A stretch of DNA of 64,000 bases from Eubacteriales bacterium (GTDB lineage Bacteria; Bacillota; Clostridia; Oscillospirales; CAG-272): contig JAZMZG010000013.1 of NCBI GenBank assembly GCA_045585835.1, positions 6,835-70,834 of the forward strand, in the 5' to 3' direction. Position 1 is the stretch's first letter; the number at the start of each line of letters is the position of its first letter. The notes under the pieces are model-generated. The model did not search any database, was not told the origin of the DNA, and saw only the letters and a list, made by a program, of their open reading frames with translations. The position numbers and the translations under genes were made by a program. Below, piece after piece: positions 19,922 through 27,060 of this stretch.

Positions 19922-20593
19922 ATGACAAAGAGAAACTGTTTGGTTTTCTTCCTTATCACCGCTCTTATTTTCACAATGTGCTCCGTATCCGTATTTGCTG
20001 AAGAGGGTGAAACAGCTCCCGACAGCACTGCACAAACGGAAATAGGCAATACTGCAGAAGATACCGTAACGGGAGAAACTGCCGCAGACGACACCGCAAC
20101 TGACGGCGTCGAAGCAGGCGATGACGCTGTATCAAGCGATGACGCCGCTTCCGATGATACCGCAGCAACGGACGACGAAAGCAAGGCAGATGATACCACA
20201 ACTACGGGCGAAACTGAAAAATCCGACGACGAAGGCGAGCCGGAAGCCGAAGGCGTTACCGGCGAAGAGCACGACCACGAGCACGAAGATGAGGAGGGCA
20301 CCGAGAAAAAAGGTCTTTCCACAACAGCTATCGTTCTTTTGGCTGTATTCGGAGCAATAATTCTTATTTTTGCAGTTCTTTACCTTTTCAAGCCCAAGTT
20401 CAGAGAAAGAGTTAAAAAATTCTTCCGTGAATATAAGAGTGAGCTCAAAAAGGTTGTTTGGGCTTCAAAAGCCGATGTATTCAAGAACACGAAGATCGTA
20501 ATCATCGGAATTGTTGCTATAGCGGTCGTAATAGGTCTTGTTGACATCGGACTTGCAAATCTCATAGACCTTATCGGAAAGATAGGAAAATAA
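19922..20593 (+). CDS. secE: Preprotein translocase subunit SecE with a long N-terminal extension (signal peptide, acidic region, extra TM)
   Basis: The C-terminal part KFFREYKSELKKVVWASKADVFKNTKIVIIGIVAIAVVIGLVDIG is SecE-like. It sits in the rpmG-secE-nusG slot. The frame is open back to ATG 19922, which follows GGGGGA 14 nt after the rpmG stop. Confidence 0.8.
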   Translation: MTKRNCLVFFLITALIFTMCSVSVFAEEGETAPDSTAQTEIGNTAEDTVTGETAADDTATDGVEAGDDAVSSDDAASDDTAATDDESKADDTTTTGETEKSDDEGEPEAEGVTGEEHDHEHEDEEGTEKKGLSTTAIVLLAVFGAIILIFAVLYLFKPKFRERVKKFFREYKSELKKVVWASKADVFKNTKIVIIGIVAIAVVIGLVDIGLANLIDLIGKIGK

Positions 20594-20644
20594 GCTTCGC
20601 TTCCTTTCATGCAGGCAGGCAAAGTTTAAGATAAGGAGTTTTTT

Positions 20645-21169
20645 ATGAGTCAAGACGCAAAGTGGTATGTAATTCACACTTATTCCGGTTATGAGAATAA
20701 GGTAGCCGGTAACCTTGAGAGGATCGTCGAAAACAGAAAGCTTCAGCATCTTATTTTCGATATAAAGATTCCCATTGAGAAAGTCACAAAGGTTTCCGGA
20801 GAAACGACCAAAGAAGTTGAACACAAGCTGTTTCCCAGCTATGTTCTTGTCAAAATGATAATGAACGACGAAAGCTGGCACGTTGTGCGCAACATCAGAG
20901 GTTGTACGGGCTTCGTTGGGCCCGATTCCAAGCCGGTGGAGCTCACCGATGAGGAAGTGGAAAAGATGGGCGTTGAGATAAAGACCGTAGACCTTGCTTT
21001 CGCAGAAGGCGATATGGTCAAGATATTGCAAGGCCCGTTTGCCGGATTTACCGGCAAGGTCGAGGAAATATCCTCGGACAAGAAGAAGGCAAAGGTCGTC
21101 GTATCCTTGTTCGGAAGAGACACGCCCGTCGAATTCGAAACAAACAATCTCACGAAGGAAGACCTTTGA
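20645..21169 (+). CDS. nusG: Transcription termination/antitermination factor NusG
   Basis: KWYVIHTYSGYENKV NGN domain and C-terminal KOW (GDMVKILQGPFAGFTGKVEEI). Confidence 0.96.
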   Translation: MSQDAKWYVIHTYSGYENKVAGNLERIVENRKLQHLIFDIKIPIEKVTKVSGETTKEVEHKLFPSYVLVKMIMNDESWHVVRNIRGCTGFVGPDSKPVELTDEEVEKMGVEIKTVDLAFAEGDMVKILQGPFAGFTGKVEEISSDKKKAKVVVSLFGRDTPVEFETNNLTKEDL

Positions 21170-21313
21170 TTTCTACCGATTTAATTTATATTATAACTAT
21201 TAAACGGTAACACCGTATTCCGTCTGCGCCGATGCCACGGTACAGATGAGAGTGGGAGGGGGAGACCAAAGTCACCCCGAAAATCAATTTTACCACATAA
21301 GGAGGAACAAAAA

Positions 21314-21739
21314 ATGGCAAAGAAAGTAACAGGCTACATTAAACTTCAGCTTCCTGCCGGCAAGGCATCAGCACAGCCTCCCGTAGGTCCTGCGCTTGGT
21401 CAGCACGGCGTAAGCATTCCTAACTTCACAAAGGAATTTAACGAAAGAACAAAGAAGGATATCGGTCTTATCATTCCCGTAATCATTACGGTATACGCTG
21501 ACCGTTCATTCTCCTTCATCACAAAGACACCCCCCGCTTCCGTTCTTATCAAGAAGGCGTGCAACATTGAAAGCGGTTCGGGCGTTCCCAACAAGACAAA
21601 GGTTGCAACTATCACAAAAGAACAGGTACGCAGCATCGCCGAGCTCAAAATGCCCGACCTTAACGCTGCTGACATCGATGCCGCAATGAGCATCATCGCA
21701 GGTACCGCTCGCAGCATGGGCGTTACCGTAGCAGACTAA
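21314..21739 (+). CDS. rplK: 50S ribosomal protein L11
   Basis: [33 protein letters not shown]. Confidence 0.98.
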   Translation: MAKKVTGYIKLQLPAGKASAQPPVGPALGQHGVSIPNFTKEFNERTKKDIGLIIPVIITVYADRSFSFITKTPPASVLIKKACNIESGSGVPNKTKVATITKEQVRSIAELKMPDLNAADIDAAMSIIAGTARSMGVTVAD

Positions 21740-21753
21740 AGGAGGTTGCAACA

Positions 21754-22446
21754 ATGTTTAGAGGAAAGAAATATCAGGAAAGCGCAAAGCTTTTCGACAA
21801 AACGGTAACTTATGAGTCAGACGTAGCTTTCAAGACACTCTCAGAGATGTCCAAGGCTAAATTTGACGAAACGGTTGAAGTACACGTTCGTTTGGGCGTT
21901 GACTCCAGACACGCTGACCAGCAGGTTAGAGGCGCTATCGTTCTTCCCAACGGAACGGGTAAGACGGTTCGTACACTCGTATTTGCAAAGGGCGCAAAGG
22001 CTGACGAAGCTAAAGAGGCAGGCTCTGATTTCGTAGGCGCAGAAGATATGGTTGCAAAGATCCAGAGTGAGAACTGGTTTGATTATGACGTTATCATCGC
22101 AACTCCCGATATGATGGGTGTTATCGGACGACTCGGTAAGGTACTCGGTCCCAAAGGACTTATGCCTAACCCCAAAGCAGGAACCGTTACGATGGACGTT
22201 GCCCGCGCTGTTAAAGAAGCAAAGGCAGGTAAGATCGAGTACAGACTTGATAAGACCAACATCATTCACTGCCCCATCGGTAAGGCTTCCTTCGGCCCCG
22301 AAAAGCTTATTGAAAACTTCGAGACGCTTCTCGGTGCTATCATTAAGGCAAAGCCCGCAGCTGCAAAGGGTCAGTATATTAAGAGCTGTGTAATTGCAAC
22401 GACCATGGGCCCCGGTATCAAGGTCAACACATCTAAACTCGGTTAA
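21754..22446 (+). CDS. rplA: 50S ribosomal protein L1
   Basis: 230 aa, [24 protein letters not shown]. Confidence 0.97.
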   Translation: MFRGKKYQESAKLFDKTVTYESDVAFKTLSEMSKAKFDETVEVHVRLGVDSRHADQQVRGAIVLPNGTGKTVRTLVFAKGAKADEAKEAGSDFVGAEDMVAKIQSENWFDYDVIIATPDMMGVIGRLGKVLGPKGLMPNPKAGTVTMDVARAVKEAKAGKIEYRLDKTNIIHCPIGKASFGPEKLIENFETLLGAIIKAKPAAAKGQYIKSCVIATTMGPGIKVNTSKLG

Positions 22447-22456
22447 TTTGTCAAAT

Positions 22457-22493
22457 ACTTTTTCCATCGGCTGAAAAAGCCGATGGAAAAAGT
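22457..22493 (+). other. 15-bp perfect hairpin after rplA, lacking a 3' U-tract on the coding strand
   Basis: actttttccatcggc / tgaaaaa / gccgatggaaaaagt, followed by aaaaaaag rather than a T-run. Confidence 0.6.
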
Positions 22494-22503
22494 AAAAAAA
22501 GTA

Positions 22504-22532
22504 TTGACAAAGCACATTTTTTGTGATATTAT
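22504..22532 (+). promoter_or_regulatory. Sigma-A-type promoter of rplJ-rplL
   Basis: TTGACA, 17 nt, TATTAT. Confidence 0.65.
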
Positions 22533-22539
22533 ATTCAAG

Positions 22540-22652
22540 GTTTCCAAAGACAACAGGTTGAGCGATGAGCTTGTAAAGCATACCTGTCGAGGAGAACACA
22601 TAACACGTACGTTGTATTATGCTGCTCTTTCCGACAGGGAAAGAGCTTTTTT
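22540..22652 (+). promoter_or_regulatory. Ribosomal protein L10 leader with terminator/attenuator hairpin
   Basis: Roughly 140-nt leader between the promoter and rplJ. It ends in stem gctctttcc/ggaaagagc (22624..22646) plus ttttttg. Position matches the Firmicute L10(L12)4 autoregulatory leader; the fold is not verified. Confidence 0.6.
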
Positions 22653-22683
22653 GTTGTCAAAATTTTAAACGGAGGTAATGAAA

Positions 22684-23190
22684 ATGCCAAGTGCAAAGGT
22701 TCTTGAAAGCAAGCAGAAATTGGTTGCTGAAGTTACCGAAAAGGTTAAGAATTCCGCAGCAGGCGTCGTTGTTGATTACACGGGTATCACGGTTGCAAAC
22801 GACACGGCACTCCGCAAGGAGCTTCGTGAAGCAGGCGTTGAGTACACTGTAATTAAAAACTCCCTTTCAAAAAGAGTTTTTGAAGCATCGGGTTACGAAT
22901 TCGGAGACATATTTAACGGTATGACTGCTCTCGCAGTATCCGAAACAGATCCCCTTGCAGCTGCAAAGATCATCAGCAAGTATGCTGATAAGATCGAAAC
23001 GTTCAACATCAAAGCGGGCTATATGGATGGCAAAGCATTGAGCGTTGACGAAGTTGTTGCACTCTCCAAGGTTCCTTCAAAGGAAGAGCTTCTTGCGAAG
23101 CTTCTCGGTTCTATCCAGAGCCCCCTTTACGGATTTGCAAGAGCTATCCAAGCAGTTTGCGACAAGCAAAACGAAGAGCAGAGCGCATAA
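22684..23190 (+). CDS. rplJ: 50S ribosomal protein L10
   Basis: MPSAKVLESKQKLVAEV. ATG 22684 lies 9 nt after GGAGG, while ATG 22678 lies only 3 nt after it. Confidence 0.95.
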   Translation: MPSAKVLESKQKLVAEVTEKVKNSAAGVVVDYTGITVANDTALRKELREAGVEYTVIKNSLSKRVFEASGYEFGDIFNGMTALAVSETDPLAAAKIISKYADKIETFNIKAGYMDGKALSVDEVVALSKVPSKEELLAKLLGSIQSPLYGFARAIQAVCDKQNEEQSA

Positions 23191-23257
23191 GCTTTGCAAA
23201 AGCGGCATAGCCGCATAACAAAATTAAACAATATTTATTATTATGGAGGATTTTAAA

Positions 23258-23635
23258 ATGGCAAGCGAAAAGATTACCGCAATACTTGAAGAAATCAAGT
23301 CTCTTACAATACTCGAACTCGCAGATTTAGTTAAGGAAGTTGAAAATGAATTCGGCGTTTCCGCAGCAGCTCCCGTAGCTGTAGCAGGTGCAGTTGCAGG
23401 TGGTGCAGCTCCCGCTGAAGAGAAGACAGAATTCGACGTAGTTCTTGCTGCAGCAGGCGACAAGAAGCTCGAAGTTATCAAGGTTGTACGTGAGCTCACA
23501 GGTCTCGGTCTTAAGGACGCTAAGGACCTCGTTGAAGCAGCTCCCAAGACAATTAAGGAAGGCGCTTCCAAGGAAGATGCTGAAGCTCTCAAGACAAAGC
23601 TTGAAGCTGCAGGCGCAAAGGTTGAGCTTAAGTAA
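23258..23635 (+). CDS. rplL: 50S ribosomal protein L7/L12
   Basis: [34 protein letters not shown]...[17 protein letters not shown] lies 8 nt upstream of ATG 23258. Confidence 0.97.
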   Translation: MASEKITAILEEIKSLTILELADLVKEVENEFGVSAAAPVAVAGAVAGGAAPAEEKTEFDVVLAAAGDKKLEVIKVVRELTGLGLKDAKDLVEAAPKTIKEGASKEDAEALKTKLEAAGAKVELK

Positions 23636-23653
23636 TTATAGCCCAATAACATC

Positions 23654-23690
23654 AAAACTCCCAAGTGTACAAAACACTTGGGAGTTTTTC
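23654..23690. terminator. Bidirectional intrinsic terminator (rplL / dinB)
   Basis: Stem ctcccaagtg/cacttgggag flanked by aaaa and ttttt. Confidence 0.85.
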
Positions 23691-23706
23691 TATCTATAGC
23701 TTCATT

Positions 23707-24966
23707 TCACCGCACAAAATTATTTTGAAACGGGTTAAATTCATATATCGCGTTACTTCTCGCGAAGGTCGTACCGAGTAAACTACCGCGCACGATAGCC
23801 GTTTTGCCGAGCCGCCTTCTTATATCCTCGGCGGCTTTTTCTTTTGCAACATCTCTTTCCAAGGTGACGTAATCCGTATAAAGATCAAGTTGATAGGGGA
23901 GCCCCTCACATTCCAGCTCGCCTACACCTACACTTATGGCTCTCACGGGATTTTCAAATCTGTATTTTTCCGAAAAAAGCTTAAATGCGACGTTTTTAAT
24001 TTGCTTTGCGCTGATTATGGGAAAGTCAAAACTTTCACTGAAGTTTGTGCTTGCAAGCTTGTTATCCTTCACGGAAATTTGCACTTTATGTGCGGCAAAG
24101 CACCCCTCCCGAAGCTTTTCGCCTACCATATCCGAAAGCTGCATAATTAAAAGCTCGGCTTCTCTGCCGTCTTTAAGATCAAACGCGGAAGTACAGCCGT
24201 GGCTTATGCTTTTGCATATCGGTTTATAACTTTCGTATGCGACGGGCATATCGTCATAGCCTTTGGCGTACTTGAGAAGACTCACGCCGTTTTTTCCAAA
24301 AAGCCCTTTCATAAAGTTTTCATCGGCATCTGCAAGGTCGCCGATAGTGTAGATACCGTGCCTTCTTAATTTTTCTTCTGTGGAGCGTCCGACTCCGAAA
24401 AGCTGTCCGCAAGGAAGGGGGCAGACCTTTTTACGATAGCTCTCGCGTGATATTTCGGTTACGGCGTCGGGCTTTTTTAAGTCACTTCCGAGCTTTGCGA
24501 ATATCTTATTAAACGATACGCCGACGGATATCGTTAGCCCCGTCTCGTTTTTGACTGCTTCTCTTATGGAGTTTGCTATCGTAACGCCGTCGCCGAATAA
24601 AAATCTGCTTCCCGATACGTCGAGCCAGCATTCGTCCGCGCCGAAAGCTTCAACTTGGTCGGTGTAACGCAAATATATATTTCTCACGAGCTTCGAGTAA
24701 TACACGTAATTATCAAAATGCGGTGAAAGCACCCGCATATTCGGGCATTTTTCAAGCGCTTTCGCAAGCGGTTCACCTGTTTTCACACCGTATTTTTTAG
24801 CGTGCTCGTTTTTCGCTAAAACGATACCGTGCCGCGCCTTCTCGTCACCACCCACGCATACGGGAACACCTCGTAGCTCTGGGTGCTCAAGAAGCTCTAC
24901 GGAAGCAAAAAAATTATTAAGGTCGCAGTGAAGTATACACCTGTCATTGTAATTTGAATCCCACAT
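23707..24966 (-). CDS. dinB: DNA polymerase IV (Y-family)
   Basis: ILHCDLNNFFASVE, SIDECWLD-like (GADECWLDVS) and HhH GVGRSTEEKL motifs. SOS boxes lie upstream. Confidence 0.92.
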   Translation of the reverse strand: MWDSNYNDRCILHCDLNNFFASVELLEHPELRGVPVCVGGDEKARHGIVLAKNEHAKKYGVKTGEPLAKALEKCPNMRVLSPHFDNYVYYSKLVRNIYLRYTDQVEAFGADECWLDVSGSRFLFGDGVTIANSIREAVKNETGLTISVGVSFNKIFAKLGSDLKKPDAVTEISRESYRKKVCPLPCGQLFGVGRSTEEKLRRHGIYTIGDLADADENFMKGLFGKNGVSLLKYAKGYDDMPVAYESYKPICKSISHGCTSAFDLKDGREAELLIMQLSDMVGEKLREGCFAAHKVQISVKDNKLASTNFSESFDFPIISAKQIKNVAFKLFSEKYRFENPVRAISVGVGELECEGLPYQLDLYTDYVTLERDVAKEKAAEDIRRRLGKTAIVRGSLLGTTFARSNAIYEFNPFQNNFVR

Positions 24967-24983
24967 AATACGCCTTTCAAAAG

Positions 24984-25030
24984 AACGTCTGTTCTAAAAT
25001 ATTATACAGAACAAACGTTCGTTTGTCAAT
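24984..25030 (-). promoter_or_regulatory. dinB promoter with two LexA (Cheo) boxes
   Basis: Minus strand TTGACA (fwd 25025..25030), 17 nt, TATAAT (25002..25007). GAACaaacGTTC (25010..25021) sits in the spacer. GAACgtctGTTC (24984..24995) sits just downstream of the -10. Confidence 0.85.
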
Positions 25031-25070
25031 AGCTAAATAAAAAATGCAGGGAAAAAGATATTTATCATAA

Positions 25071-25111
25071 GGACATTAAAAGCCCGACAGATCGCGTAAT
25101 TCTGTAGGGCT
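25071..25111 (-). terminator. Intrinsic terminator of the TetR/membrane-protein cassette
   Basis: Stem agccctacag/ctgtcgggct (one mismatch) followed by ttttaatg on the minus strand. Confidence 0.65.
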
Positions 25112-25156
25112 TATTGTTCTACAAATTCAGTTTTATTGCTACCTTTTTCCCTTTAT

Positions 25157-25726
25157 TCACCTGTTTTGTTGCACGAGATTTAATCCGAGCAGAAAAACGA
25201 TGATACACACCGCACAACCGGTTGCAACATTCATAATACGGATTCCTATTTCTGACATTCCCTCAAAGGATACAAGCATAGACCTTTGCAAAGAAAATAT
25301 AGAAACAAAGGCATCGGCAAATGATATGTTTCGCAATGTTATCAATTTTACCGATTTGCTTTTACGTGCCTTTATCCATTTTATTGTTACAAGTGCGATT
25401 TTTGTGAAAGCATATACTGCAATCGCAAGCATAACAATCAAATTGAATACGGTACCTCTATCTTTTACAAAGGAAAGGATTACTGTTCCAATAAGCGAAA
25501 GAGATAACATAATCAACATAATTCCTGTAAATTGAATGAGAAAGTGTTTATTTCCTTTGTGCCTAAGAACCACAAAGCGAACAATACTCAATATTGCATA
25601 GTAAATACCGATTGTAAAAAACCACCACGAGCGTGTTGTTATGCCGAAAATAATGTGATAGGCACTATACACCATATTGAACAACAAATTAATAAGTGCG
25701 AATTTTAGTGTTCTATCCATTCGCAT
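25157..25726 (-). CDS. Polytopic membrane protein of unknown function
   Basis: 189 aa with about 5-6 hydrophobic segments. It overlaps the TetR gene stop by 14 nt. AT-rich. Confidence 0.6.
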   Translation of the reverse strand: MRMDRTLKFALINLLFNMVYSAYHIIFGITTRSWWFFTIGIYYAILSIVRFVVLRHKGNKHFLIQFTGIMLIMLSLSLIGTVILSFVKDRGTVFNLIVMLAIAVYAFTKIALVTIKWIKARKSKSVKLITLRNISFADAFVSIFSLQRSMLVSFEGMSEIGIRIMNVATGCAVCIIVFLLGLNLVQQNR

Positions 25727-26309
25727 TATTTTTTCCGTAAATACATATGGCGATTATTTTAGATATTTCATCGGTTGACTTGTCACACTCATTTTTTAAC
25801 CATTCAACAATTAGGGCATTGATACCATTTGGATAGTACATCATCACATATTGTCTAATATCTTTCGGATAGTGAAATCTCTCCAAAATAGGATTAAATA
25901 TGTTTTCAAACATTCGCTTATACACATTTTCAAATCCAAGAATTTTATTTTGTGTCAATGCAACCTTAAATATTTCTTTGTGGTCTTTGATATAGGTGAA
26001 ATATGGTGTTAGATACTTATCGCAAATAAACACCAATTCATTTAGTTCACAGTTTTTAAGATTAAGTGAAATAGACTGTGTGTCAATTGAAAAATACGAT
26101 AAAAAATCGTCTAGTAAATATCTTGTTGTTTCATTCAGCAAGTCGCTGATGGTTTCATAATGCAAATAAAAAGTTGAGCGATTTACCCCCGCAGTTTCGC
26201 AAATTTCGCTAACAGTGATGTATTCAAATGGTTTCTTTTTCAGCAGGGAAATCAATGCAAGGTCTATTTTCGTGGCAGTATTAAAATATTTGCTTTCGGA
26301 TTTATTCAT
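25713..26309 (-). CDS. TetR/AcrR-family transcriptional regulator
   Basis: N-terminal HTH ITVSEICETAGVNRSTFYLHYETISDLL. Confidence 0.85.
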   Translation of the reverse strand: MNKSESKYFNTATKIDLALISLLKKKPFEYITVSEICETAGVNRSTFYLHYETISDLLNETTRYLLDDFLSYFSIDTQSISLNLKNCELNELVFICDKYLTPYFTYIKDHKEIFKVALTQNKILGFENVYKRMFENIFNPILERFHYPKDIRQYVMMYYPNGINALIVEWLKNECDKSTDEISKIIAICIYGKNNANG

Positions 26310-26333
26310 ATTACCACTCCTTGCAAGGTTTGA

Positions 26334-26675
26334 TTATTTTTCTGCGATTTCACGGGCGAGCTGTACAATTTCATAGGCATATTTTGCTTTGCCCTTTTCA
26401 AGCAGTTTCTTATAAATCGGATAATTCACACCGCAACCTGTAAGACCGATAATGCCTATGATAATACCAAGCACCATACTGTTTCCGATAACTTGCATTG
26501 CTAAAGACATGCCTGTGCCGAAAACGAGTGCAAAAACAATTCCCCAAGAGTAAGTGAAGATAGTGGCAGGGAGTTTTGCTCGGTTATCCAACTTTTTAAG
26601 GGCAACGATTTTTGAGTTTTCTTTCGGCGCATAGTCCTTTGCAATTGATTCCGCTAAAATTTTGTCTGTGTTCAT
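26334..26675 (-). CDS. Small two-TM membrane protein of unknown function
   Basis: 113 aa with two adjacent hydrophobic helices (IFTYSWGIVFALVFGTGMSLAM and MVLGIIIGIIGLTGCGV). Strong SD AAGGAGG. Confidence 0.6.
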   Translation of the reverse strand: MNTDKILAESIAKDYAPKENSKIVALKKLDNRAKLPATIFTYSWGIVFALVFGTGMSLAMQVIGNSMVLGIIIGIIGLTGCGVNYPIYKKLLEKGKAKYAYEIVQLAREIAEK

Positions 26676-26822
26676 ATTAAGAACCTCCTTATTAATTTTA
26701 CAGTGATATTTTACTGCTTAAAAAGGAGGATTGGAACAACATAACATTTGAAATCTGTTGATTTCTGAAGGATAAATGTGTATTTGCTGAATACTCATAA
26801 GAAAACTTTTATTTTCATGCTC

Positions 26823-26851
26823 ATTATACACAAAAGTATAATGCTTTTCAA
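26823..26851 (-). promoter_or_regulatory. Sigma-A-type promoter (extended -10) of the cassette
   Basis: Minus strand TTGAAA, 17 nt ending tgtg, TATAAT. It leaves a roughly 140-nt 5' UTR. Confidence 0.6.
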
Positions 26852-27007
26852 GTTGTATTCCGAGTTCGTCTGAGTGATATTATTGCATTATGCCAATAGT
26901 GATATTGAAATTCCTGCACTTTCATGGGTATTTTATTTACCTCAAACCGTCGTATTGAATTAAGCATACTAAAACTGAGAATCAATATAACTTGCCAAAT
27001 GCAGTGT

Positions 27008-27047
27008 GGCGAATAAAACAGCGAGACTTCTTTATGAGAAGTCTCGC
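27008..27047 (-). terminator. Intrinsic terminator of tex
   Basis: Stem gcgagacttc/gaagtctcgc followed by tgttttatt on the minus strand. Confidence 0.8.
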
Positions 27048-27060
27048 ATTTCTGCATTTT

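Noticed and set aside
19852-20322. 156-aa Ser-rich ORF antisense to the acidic region of secE, plus frame-shifted ORFs at 19971..20201 and 20121..20360.
   Set aside because: These are mirror-image artefacts of the GAn/GCn-rich low-complexity coding sequence. The sense frame is supported by the SecE domain, the SD and synteny.
21841-22599. 252-aa ORF antisense to rplA.
   Set aside because: It overlaps a ribosomal protein gene, runs through the rplJ promoter and hairpin, and has no SD.
26848-27057. 69-aa minus ORF between the AT-rich cassette and tex. I considered it as a possible integrase or transposase remnant marking an island boundary.
   Set aside because: I recognise no recombinase motifs. 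It spans the tex terminator and the cassette promoter, and it has no SD. I cannot support a pseudogene call without a database search.
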